This document shows positions 52,461 through 64,000 of a stretch of DNA of 64,000 nucleotides, in pieces; the first letter of the stretch is position 1, and every line of letters starts with the position of its first letter. The stretch spans positions 12,557,861 to 12,621,860 of the forward strand of contig NC_068999.1 of assembly GCF_001194135.2 (NCBI RefSeq), written 5' to 3'. A program made the position numbers and the translations under genes. The stretch comes from Octopus bimaculoides (taxonomy: Eukaryota). Below the pieces are notes generated by a model. The model saw nothing but the letters and a program-made list of their open reading frames with translations. It was not told the DNA's origin and made no database searches.

Positions 52461-52924
52461 CAATCCTACCTATATTTTCATAATAATAGGGATGTGTACA
52501 ATATGGTCACGTATCTTTTTATAAGCCAGTCTGTGTAAAAAAAAATTACTAGCTCACACACACACACGTTTATACATACATACTTTTGCGCGTGCGTCCA
52601 TGGGTATATGTGCGTGTGTGTGTGTATGTGAACTAAAAAATATCAGAACTGATGTAAAGTCAAATATAACGGGTAGTCGCGCGCACACACACACACAGAC
52701 GTCCCGCCAAAAAGGAGGTAGACAATAGTATCCCTACTCACACAAACACACATTCATATTCACAAACAAACAAATGTACAGAAATGCACACACGCAGACA
52801 AACACTCCCATATATATCTATATAGAGAGCTACTATTACACAGCCATTGCGAAGAAGAGATATACCTATATTGACATACATATATACATATATATATGTG
52901 TGTGTGTGTTTGTGTGTGTGTGTA

Positions 52925-52974
<50 letters not shown>

Positions 52975-55516
52975 TTTGTTTAAGATAAGCATTTTCTATT
53001 TAAGCTCTATTGTCTCTTAAACCCGTGAAGCTGTTCTCCAAGTGTTTGATGTATAATATATGCCTTGCTTGATCTTTGAATTATAGCAAACAAGACCAGA
53101 AGTAAGCAGATACACAACCTCATAAACATATCTGTATGCATGCACGTACATGTGCTTGTATGTAAATGTGCATATAATAAACCCATACTAATAAATATGT
53201 ATGCATATATGCATATATATATTTATGCGTATATATTCATATACGTATAAATGCCTATATATATATATATATATATATNNNNNNNNNNNNNNNNNNNNNN
53301 NNNNNNNNNNNNNNNNNNNNNNNNNNNNNNNNNNNNNNNNNNNNNNNNNNNNNNNNNNNNNNNNNNNNNNNNNNNNNNNNNNNNNNNNNNNNNNNNNNNN
53401 NNNNNNNNNNNNNNNNNNNNNNNNNNNNNNNNNNNNNNNNNNNNNNNNNNNNNNNNNNNNNNNNNNNNNNNNNNNNNNNNNNNTATATATATATATATAT
53501 ATATATGCATATATATAACTATGTATGTATGTGTGCGTGTACCTTCACTAAATAACGAAATTATATGCAGAAAATAACATATGTTCTGTATTTCATATGC
53601 GTTATTGTATTTTGCTTTGGTACTAACAATACCTGTTTTCAAAATTTAATGTAAGGAAATAGGGAATATTCGGACTATTGACTACGAATTTAGTTTGAAC
53701 ATTATGCGTGGATTAACTGAGGTGTTTGATAGATTTGGGAATATGTTTCAGGAAATACTTGAAATAAAGATATCTTTATATACTCTGCATTTCCGCGTCG
53801 TCTCTCACGTTTCATATTTTTTTTTATAACTCACTGTCATATGTTTCCATCGCTCAGCTTGCAGATGCAGGACGACAGTCATGTAATTTGCTCATTTACG
53901 AATTTTTTATTTGAGTATATTGGTCACTGCATATTCCAATCTTTTAGTGAAACTACCAGTCTCACCTCATTGAGTAACTTACCTTTCGATGTATAAATAC
54001 GTGTTGCTAGTTTTTACCAGAAACAGAACACGTCTTATACAATTAAGCTCGCATTCATGCACACTTTTATTGATGTATATGCAAATAGTGACAATCCTAT
54101 AGAGACACATAATACATATACGTAAATAAAACAATAGAGTTCGTTTATAAAATGTTTTTACATGTTATAGAATGAAACAGTCCTGCATATCTTCTCCTAA
54201 TTACACTGTGTCCTACACAACTGTAAATCATTATCGTATTGTAATCCGAGAGTAATACAAGCCCTCTATATAGTTTGACGTTGAGTATTCAGCTATTTCC
54301 AATTTTAAATGAAGCCTCAAAACTTCAAATTGCGTAATATTAAGTGTTCGTCGTACAATTTCAATGAAAATCACACTTTTTAACCACACACATACACAAA
54401 CACATGTGCACACAAGGATTCAGTCATATACACTTACACAAACATACATATAACCGTGCACATATATGCATGCTTTGAAGTGTGGGTGTCAGTGTGTATA
54501 TGCGTGTGAAACATTAATTCATTTTCAGTCTTTGCGTGTCGTCACTTGAATGGATGAATTTTCTCCCTTTCAATTTATTAGTCGGCGCCAATTCCCGAGG
54601 CAAGTGAAGACATTTGCCTCGTATTTCAGCTCCCCGCGGTTTTGAAGCGTGCCGAATTATTCCTAACCTAAGCCGTATATATCCTCAGGTTAAAATTGGT
54701 TCTTCGACAATTAAATGTATCTTCTAACATTCATGATATCAAAAATTGAACCATCCATATCAAATGGACTCTGCCGGTTTTGTTATCGTCTAGTATATCC
54801 CGAAAGCGGCGTGTCTATATATTGGGTTTTGTTTTAATTTATTGCTAAGAGAAATAATTTGCATTCAATTTAATGCGCTTTTTATGAAGTCGTACGAAGA
54901 GTAAATGATATGAATAAAAGTTAACATCATTTTTCATATATTAATGGTCATGATCAGTCTTAAGGCCTTAAATGCATGTTGTTAACGGATTATGGATTAC
55001 TGACATTTCTTCTGATACAAAAACACAGTTACATTTCCTATCGTTGCCATGTTATGGATGACTCTAATTTCGGTTATCTCCATTTTCTAATATATAAGAT
55101 TTTTTTTCTATTTTCTATACTTTCTCCGTTGATTTTGGTGCTTTGAGTTATATTTCTTTCTGCCTTCATTCATCTCTGTTTTACACACTCTCTCTATTAC
55201 CAGATCACTTTCTTCTCATCTCTATATATTGCGAACCATTTGCTCTCATTAATTTTGCAGTTTGTAATCGCAAATCTTCATACTTAAGTATTGTTCTTCT
55301 AAAAACGTGGGAGATAGTGTTCTCAATAAACTAGCTTCCAAATCATTTTTAATGGCAAAATATCTACTCATAATTTTTCTTTCAAATTCTTTTATACTTA
55401 TCTTAACATATATAAAAAATACAGGAATACTTTGATAGATACAGGGCTATAGAGAAATATATTGTACTAAACTTGTTTCACAACTTAGCTTGCCTAACTT
55501 TTATTAAAGTCACGAA

Positions 55517-55730
55517 AGCGGTGAGATGGGAGAATCGTTAGTACTCCGGGCAACATTCTAAGCGGCATTTCGTCCGTTTTCGCGTTCTGATCTCAAATTT
55601 CGACGGGGTCTACTTTGCTTTTCATTCTTCGGGGTTGATAAAATAAGTGCTTGTTCAAAACTGGGATTGAGTTAGTCAACTTAGCCCCTATCCCACATCT
55701 GGAGACCTTGTGCCAAAATTTGAAGCCAAC
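55517..55730 (+). mobile_element. SINE family B, full copy
   Basis: gcggtgagatgggagaatcgttagtactccgggc...ctcaaatttcgacggggtctactttgcttttcattcttcggggttgataaaataagt...gaccttgtgccaaaatttgaa. Confidence 0.85.
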
Positions 55731-58700
55731 ATTTATTAAAGCAATAATTTTAATACGTGTTACTTGGTAGCTGATTATTGCTATGACAAAGCATCCAAGA
55801 CTGATTTCCAATAATCTGCTTATTCAACTAAATCCTTTAGAGTTTTGAAGTTTATTCCATTTAATAAGATCTTATATAATGTGAGACATCCTTAGAATAA
55901 AGCAAAGCTATTGGTCTTAAAGAGTCTACTAGCTAGGCTTCCTTTTATGTATCAGTAAAGCTGTGGACATGCATCTCAATTGCAACAAGAGTATGACGTT
56001 CATATTTCAGAGAATATGCTGTGATGATCGATATATTTGAATACTGCCTTTATATTTTGATGTACCTATTCAGTCACATTTCCAAAATAGCAGAACACTT
56101 TTGGATTAAATTGTGTGTGTTTTACAATCCAGATTCCCTTCCTTGTTCTCCATCGTTTTCATGCAAGTCGTATATTTTATTATGTATGTTTATGAGCCAG
56201 ATTTTCACTGGTTTTATTTATTTTCAGATATGTGTTATTTAAACCACTTGAGACCATAATTTACCCTCAAGAATTCTCCTGTTCTATTGCAGATTTTCTT
56301 TGAACGTGATCGAAACTTTTCATTGTGACATGTTTAATGCATAAAGTTTGCCTCATGGACGTAAATTCTTAGTTTTATTTCGTTTTCTTTCACAGAAAAC
56401 GTTTTATTTGAATTATCTTACATCCTTCTTTCTCGATAGATTTCCATAGGGATTTGTAAAAATTAGGCTTACAAAGTGTTAGTATACCTGATCTGGGATG
56501 ACTGATGCACATGCTCCCTTGAAACATGCAGTGTTAATTATATAATTGTATTATCGCATAGGATTGCAGGAGTCATCTTTACATTATGGTAGAGTTCCCT
56601 CTTGTTTGTGCTGCAGAAATCTAATTTGCTGTTCTCTGTCAGCACATTATTTATGCCATGAACTGGATGAAGTTAAGATCAAGCGGGGATTCCGCTTGTT
56701 GGCGATATTACTGTTATATGTGATGCAATTTTCTATTGGAAGGTGAACTGTATCCAGTGGTAGCACAGCCATATTATAAACCAACGTATTTTAGTAATGC
56801 AATATAGAAAGTATTATAATGTATCTTCTTCATATGTATGATGTGGTAATGACCATCGATAACAGACCCTCTCAGAGCGGTGATGTTTTGACGTTGATGC
56901 AAATAAGGTGAAGTTACTTGAGCTGCATGCACAAAAAAAAGATAGAGACGGGGAAACAGAAGAAGGAAGTAAAAAAAAAAGATAGGTACAATGTTTAGTG
57001 TGTGACAATCTTGATGTTATCGTGGGGTGCGGGACAATTGAAGGAGCGATGTGTGATTTGCTTTAACTGGATGTTAGATTAATTATTCTAGCTAGGTTCC
57101 AGTAATAGATAGCATTACAATAGTGATACAAAATGCACTCTCACAGCGATAGAGGGAGAAAGAGAAAAGGAGAGGAGCATGTTTATGGAACAAATGCTGA
57201 AAAGTGATCAACTAAGTGTTTCTTTCATGATCAGATATTCCTCTGGCTCTGGATGTGAACGTCTGGATGTGAAATTGGCTTTCTCTGTCTTATAGCCGTA
57301 ACGTTAAAAAGTAGGCGTACTATGCTGTATTCTGCATCACGTTATTGTAATAGTTATCATGAGAGAGAGAGATCTTGTGCATGTATACTGTACATCCTCG
57401 CTAGTTCGCTCTTTCCTGCAGAACGAAAACTACTTTTTCTTTGAATATGTGTGTTGCTATATTCGTTCCTGGGAATGCCATGCACCCAATTGAATCTTAC
57501 GTAGCGAAGATTTCCCCTTTTGAATTCAGTTCTTAAATGGTTTCCATAAATGTATAGTGTTTTCCTCTCAATGTAATATATTGGGTGAATGGTGTTAGTG
57601 TATGACATAAAGTGGTCATGTGTACTGACGAGGATATCTTGTCAATTACGTTACTTGCCAGGCGAGCTGGTGGATCCAATAAACGCAGCTATAGCACAAG
57701 TTGTTCCGTAGAGATTTCGAAATTGGAAAATGTGGTTATCAAAACATATTGATATATATCCGTACGTATTTCACTTGTTATGCATGTATGTATGTATGCA
57801 TGCATGCATGTATATATGTAAATATATGTATGTATGTATGAATGCATGCATGTATGTATCTATCTATTGATCTATCTTCCTATATGTATATATCTATACA
57901 CACATACACATATATCTATTTTATATATATACATACATAGATACATTCATACAGACAAGCACGCACAAGCATATATGTCAATGGATATCCCTTTTCCTTC
58001 TTCTAAATATTTAACACCGTCTCTCATATTCTCCATATATGTGCGTGTATAATATGCGTGTATATTCGTATGTCTGACTGTGTATTTGAAGGACTTCCTA
58101 TTTATAATTCTAAATATATATTTTAATCATTCATGATTTTGCTATATATATACAGCATTTTCTGTATTTCAGGCTCTGCATCTCTCCTTTTGTATATTTG
58201 TATCTCTCTCTGATCGTCTCTTTCTCTCTCCCTCTCTCACTCTAACTCTGTTCCTGTATTCCTATGCATCGCAATACCTCTGACTCCTTCACTTTTCGTT
58301 TGTATTCCTAACTTAATCGTTTCTTCCCATCATTATTTTATATCATGAAGCCTCTATGCACCGCTATAGTCTCACATTTTCTCTACACGTCCAATCGCAT
58401 TCATGCATAATTTTCACTCATTATTCCATCGTTCCTTTAATATGTCTTCCGTGATTCACAACTGTCTCACCATGACTGTGTTACTCCTTCTCCGCCTCGA
58501 ACAATAACCTACACTTCACTGCTTAGTTCAAGTATTCCATTTGATTATATCCAACTCACGGTATAATTTAAAAAAAAAACAAATCTGTCATTGTGTTTCA
58601 CAAGACCTTTCGTTTCATGATGAGCACTTCCTCCCACATCATATTCCGTATCAATTTCTTTTCATTTTTGCTTTTTTGTCAAATCTCTCTAAGTCGGATC

Positions 58701-59640
58701 TCAGTGTGAACTAAGCCTCAAGAAAGTATGCTATATTGAAATTGAAACCATTCAGCAGCAAAATACATTTTCCTCTGTCACACACTTACATTGACGCTCA
58801 GACACACGCACACAAAACACACATCATACGTACATACACATATATGTATACACACATATAAACATATTTATAGATAAATATGTACATATAAACTCACATA
58901 CATATACATACACAAAGACAGGCACACATATACATACATCTGTATGCATACGCTTTGAGACCAGCATAAGAAGGAATTGTCTGGCATATATAGAATGATA
59001 TACGTATGCGTATATGTATATGTGTATATGTAAAAATGTGTATGCGTGGGTCTGCGAGCCAATGCGAGCATGCGTGGGTACATAATCGCATATTGTTTCT
59101 CTGTCACTGCTTGTCACATTTTCTAAAAACTGTCGGAAGAAACGAGGGTTCAATCACCTAAATCGTCTAGAAATCTGATTATGTCGACGCCATTGTGTTC
59201 GTATACTTTGTGAAGTGTTGAGTCTTTCTGATCTCTTAAAATTGCATATACAAATACATACAATGATATATATATATATATATNNNNNNNNNNNNNNNNN
59301 NNNNNNNNNNNNNNNNNNNNNNNNNNNNNNNNNNNNNNNNNNNNNNNNNNNNNNNNNNNNNNNNNNNNNNNNNNNNNNNNNNNNNNNNNNNNNNNNNNNN
59401 NNNNNNNNNNNNNNNNNNNNNNNNNNNNNNNNNNNNNNNNNNNNNNNNNNNNNNNNNNNNNNNNNNNNNNNNNNNNNNNNNNNNNNNNNNNNNNNNNNNN
59501 NNNNNNNNNNNNNNNNNNNNNNNNNNNNNNNNNNNNNNNNNNNNNNNNNTATATATACATGTTGGTGTGCATACCTACACGTACATACATATTGGTATAC
59601 ACGTGGGTATTTATGTACATGCATATGATTATGTATATAT

Positions 59641-59700
59641 TCTTTTCTTATTTTACTTGTTTCAATCATTTGACTGCAACCATGCCGGAGCACTGCCTTA
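59641..59700 (-). mobile_element. SINE family A, tail-only fragment
   Basis: ttttacttgtttcaatcatttgactgcaaccatgccggagcactgcctt. Confidence 0.75.
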
Positions 59701-59814
59701 TATACGCATGTATATGGGTATTGATATATTTGCAATTACATCTGGAAGTGTATTATAATTTAAAGTACATTCATGAAGCTTACTATTATCTAAAACGTAA
59801 TATTCTTTCATTCT

Positions 59815-60008
59815 CGCATCTCTTTTACTCGTTTCAATAATTTAACTTTAGTCGACTTTATTCTTGTAGGCCTAGTACTTATTACATCGCTCGCTCTTGC
59901 TGAACCGCTAATTTACAGGGTCGTAATTATAACGACTTCGGTTGTCAAGCGATGATGTGAGAACAAACAGACACACGAATTAATACTTATATGCATATAC
60001 ACAAACAC

Positions 60009-60044
<36 letters not shown>

Positions 60045-60310
60045 ACACACACACACACATACATATACGTGTGTATATATATATATAGAGAGAGAGATAG
60101 ATAGATAGATACATAGATAGATAAATCGATAGATAGATAGATACATGATGGGCTCTTTCTAGTTTCCGTCTACAAAATCCACGCGCACAGCTTTGGTCGG
60201 ACTGAGACTATAGTAGAACGCACCCTCTCAAGGTGCCACACAGTGGCACTGAACACGGAGACATGTGGTTAGGAAGCAAGCTTCTATCCACGCAGCCACA
60301 CCTGCACCTT
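59815..60310 (-). mobile_element. SINE family A, near full length with expanded microsatellite linker
   Basis: cttttactcgtttcaataattt...ttcttgtaggcctagtacttatt...gttgtcaagcgatg...(CA)n(TA)n(GA)n(GATA)n...tttccgtctac...caaggtgccacacagtggcactgaac...ccacgcagccacacctgc. Confidence 0.85.
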
Positions 60311-63300
60311 GCATATATACTTTATATATATATATATATATTTTTTTTTTTTTATGAAAAACATTTTCCCAATTGCAGAGGAGCAATCAATCAATCCGTA
60401 CCAATACGCAGCAAATCCTGTAGTTACAGTTAAGTGGAGCAACTGATTTGCACACAATACGAGGGAATCTATTTAATATCAGATGATACTCCCCATATAT
60501 GTATCTCGCAATCTATGTGTCTACGAACATATTTTTCTATCTGTTTGCATGTATGAATGTATGTACGCATGAATCTATCTATCTATCTATTGGCCAGACA
60601 CGCGCGCAAACACGCACACACTCACACACACGCAGATATATATATATATACTGACAGAGACATAGAAACAATACATTGATGAGTAGATTCTTGTATAGCT
60701 CCAGATTCGATTATGATATATTTTAGCCGAGCTCTCTCTAATAGCATAGCGCAGGAGTTTTCCGAAATATTATGAAATATTCATCCATATACTTGTAATT
60801 TGCCTACGTTCACACAGCATAAACGTATTCTTACATATTCATATGAGAATGTGTGTATGTGTGTGTATCTCTGTGTGTGCGCGAGCGTTTATGCAGCTGT
60901 TCGTATTTATATATATATNNNNNNNNNNNNNNNNNNNNNNNNNNNNNNNNNNGTGTGTGTGTGTGGGTGTGTGTGCAATATCTACGCACGTCTATATGCA
61001 GAAGTCATCAAAAAAATTCCTCGAAAGTATAATAAGATACTTTCATATTTGCAGAAGACATTCTGAGCTTCGAAGACAATACAAAGTGTTAAAACCCAAA
61101 TATATCACATGAACAAGAAATACAGAGTAAAGAAAAATGGAAAGAAATCAGAAACACATCACCTCAAGCGATATTCAGCAAAAGGACGTAGTGACAAGAA
61201 TATGCAGGTGTTTTTATTTCGAATAGTATTTCTATTCAGACTTGGAAGACTTTTTGCTGATTAGAAAGAGGTGATGCGATTGTGAAGGTGATATTGAAAT
61301 ATATTTACCACGAGGGCTTCACTCGAAATATGATGAACTTATAAAAAAATTAAAAAAACAACATAGCATATAAGTATGACATGATATTATCAATGACTTA
61401 AATGGTACGATGAACAAAATAAAATAAAGAAAGAACTGCGCCCTTTTGATGAAATATAATGGTTGATGCGGTTGACAAAATCGTTATAAATATCTGCTTG
61501 AATAGGAAGTGAAGATATTCCGGCATCATGCATTACACGAGTGGTAATATCTTACAACTTTTTCGCTAAATTACTGTATAACATATCATATATGATGCAA
61601 TCCTTAAAAATAAAATTATTTATAAAAACTCCTCGGGTCATAAGTATATGCGATATTAAGCCTCTCAAAAGCATTAGTACGGTAGAAACACCTCCTCTAA
61701 ATATAAGCTGGCGAGAAATGCGGGCCTCTAAGCCCCATCATTTTATTTCTTTCTACCTTTGGCCTGACAACTCTCTCAATCATCCAAATTTTGCTTTCCG
61801 TCTATTGATGTACGTTTCCCAAGAGAATCGTTGATTTAATCCTTTAGAAAAATCATCATTGTTTTTCCCTCGTGATATTTCTTGTATTCCTAAATTCTAA
61901 TCATGGTAATTTGGATATTGAATATACTCTTTATGTAACATATTTGTGTTTCAGACTTTAATACTCATTAATTAGCACACGCCGACTTTATTTTGCATTA
62001 TCAATACTCTTAACAACGATATATCAAAACCGCAGCGTCGAATAAAATTGTTCTGCACACCTTGAAAATTATGTAATTGATATGTTATGCATTTAATCCG
62101 ACGCGAAAGCCGCTCTGCTTTATTAAGTATAAATCAACGTGTCGTCATATATTTTAGTTACCTGGTATTTTCTGAATTTCTATTTCGGAGAATTTTCCAC
62201 CATGATTATTCTTTCCCTTTTATATGCACCAGAGATTTTCTATACGGCGGTGATCAATCACATTTCTCGTATTATATATCAAAATTTGTATCGTCTTCTA
62301 AATGCATGATGTACCTGCATAATTCTTGTCTGTTCCTCTTATGTGTATGCGCCAAGGAGTAATAGCAATGATGGAATATTGTCCAATACACACTATGATC
62401 TAAAATAGGATTTCGTTACTGGTCTTTCGTCTCATATACTACCCGCATTGTTTGATAATATTGGGCATGGCTTGCTTACTTTAGTTAAGTATATTGGTGT
62501 ATGCTTTAAGTTTAGTATCTCCTGCGTTGGATGAGTAGGAAAAGATTATATCTCATAAGGACTAGACGGTTTTAGCAGAGGCGAGAAAAATTAAGTGACA
62601 GATGAGATTGCCGTGCTTTGATGAGATGATGTTAGACATGTATAATTGGCTTTAGATTTGAATCCACCAGCTTTTATTTCACTATTGTAATAAAATTCAA
62701 CTTAAACGAAAGCTTTACTTGCGGGAAAAGGCTGGCGTAACGTTATTAAAGATTGAAGAATCAGGTATACATTCACAAAGAGAATCACTGTTGCAGAGCA
62801 AAAAAAACATAAACACAGGTACACATATACACATTTAGTTTTGTATGTACCTATGCGTGTGATTTACATAGAATGCCTCAGTGTGATTCCAAATATAAAT
62901 ATTTGGCACCTTTATAAACGAATATCATAGAATATAATGGCTTGAAACGTGTACATTTTATTTCAACTATTGAATTAAAATTATTTGATGTAATAAATTA
63001 GAAAATACACGCGTATTTCGAAATTATTTGTTTCTGGATCATCGTCAACAAAATTTATTAAAGCAGAGGAGGACACGAGAAAGTTTCTCTATATTTACTT
63101 AGAATTCAAGAAATCGAAGCAGAACCTACAAAGCACATATTCATATAAAAAAAAAAATCTTTACAGCAGACGAGGAGTACGCATTAATTTAGTTTTNNNN
63201 NNNNNNTATAAAAAAAAAAAATCTTTACAGCAGACGAGGAGTACGCATTAATTTAGTTTTATATAAGGTAAATACATGAACAAATGTCAGTATAATAACC

Positions 63301-63554
63301 GGGACAAACAAACATAACCATCGAAAAATTAGTTATTATTGCATTGACAAGATGTATTGTAATATATCTCCATAAGTTTAATTCCCACTGGTACCAATTT
63401 TTCTTTTAAACAATCGTCGATAATAACCTTTTACCTCTGTTTGCTTTTTCCTCTGTCATTCTCATTACTTTTTTTTTTTCCTTTTTCTGATGAAACGCTT
63501 TCTTATCGTTGTCAGCATCATGCCTTGTTTCAACTCATCGTGATACAAATAATT

Positions 63555-63830
63555 ATGTTATTAGTCATGGTGACAGTGATGCTGCTCATAGTGGTGGTGG
63601 TGGTGGTTGTTGTGGCGGTGATGATGATTCCGCTACTGCAGGTGTTGCTGCTGCTGCTTCTCATGATGATGATGATGGTAATGATGATGATGAATATAAC
63701 TGATAACGCTGCAGCTGCTGCTGATAATAATGAAGATGATGGTGATGGTGATGATGATGAGGAGGAGGAGCAACAGCAGGAGGGGGAGGAGGCCGATGAT
63801 GATTATCATGAATGATAACGCTGATGTGGT

Positions 63831-63879
<49 letters not shown>

Positions 63880-63951
63880 AACTGATAACCTGAAGATGGT
63901 GATGATGATGTTGATGATGATGTTTATGATGATGATGTTGATGATGACGAC

Positions 63952-64000
<49 letters not shown>
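63555..64000. repeat. Long compound (GAT)n/(GGT)n/(GCT)n/(GAG)n tract running off the window end
   Basis: Directly visible. Confidence 0.95.

Noticed and set aside
46016-52680. Shared agtcaa(a)tataacgggt at ~46016 and ~52660
   Set aside because: A gapped ~16-nt match is expected by chance in AT-rich DNA of this length.
63144-63260. ~53-bp direct repeat on both sides of a 10-N gap
   Set aside because: Identical apart from one A in the homopolymer; a typical unmerged contig overlap, not a biological duplication.
63441-63815. Hydrophobic then acidic 124-aa ORF
   Set aside because: Product of compound trinucleotide repeats read in shifting frames.

Overview
Eukaryotic, AT-rich (roughly one-third GC by eye), repeat-saturated DNA. 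The repeat complement points to an octopod cephalopod, probably an Octopus short-read assembly; this is inference from family recognition, not a database search. It consists of several tRNA-headed SINE families, decayed mariner transposons, RTE and CR1/L2-type LINE ends, a hAT MITE and very dense (TA)n/(CA)n/(GATA)n/(GAT)n microsatellites. There are 21 N-gaps, most abutting (TA)n runs. I could not support any intact protein-coding gene, rRNA, tRNA or CRISPR array. The long ORFs in the track are gap or microsatellite artefacts or transposon remnants, so the window is most likely intronic or intergenic. Most notable observations: (1) a CR1/L2-type LINE 3' end shares its tail with the commonest SINE, including a hairpin with compensatory changes, suggesting a LINE-SINE partnership; (2) two minimal type-I hammerhead-like motifs with palindromic stem III, typical of Penelope-like elements, each with a core defect; (3) a diverged 49-bp inverted repeat around a gap and a perfect 36-bp palindrome; (4) modular SINE architecture. 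The SINE labels A-D and mariner labels A-C are my own.
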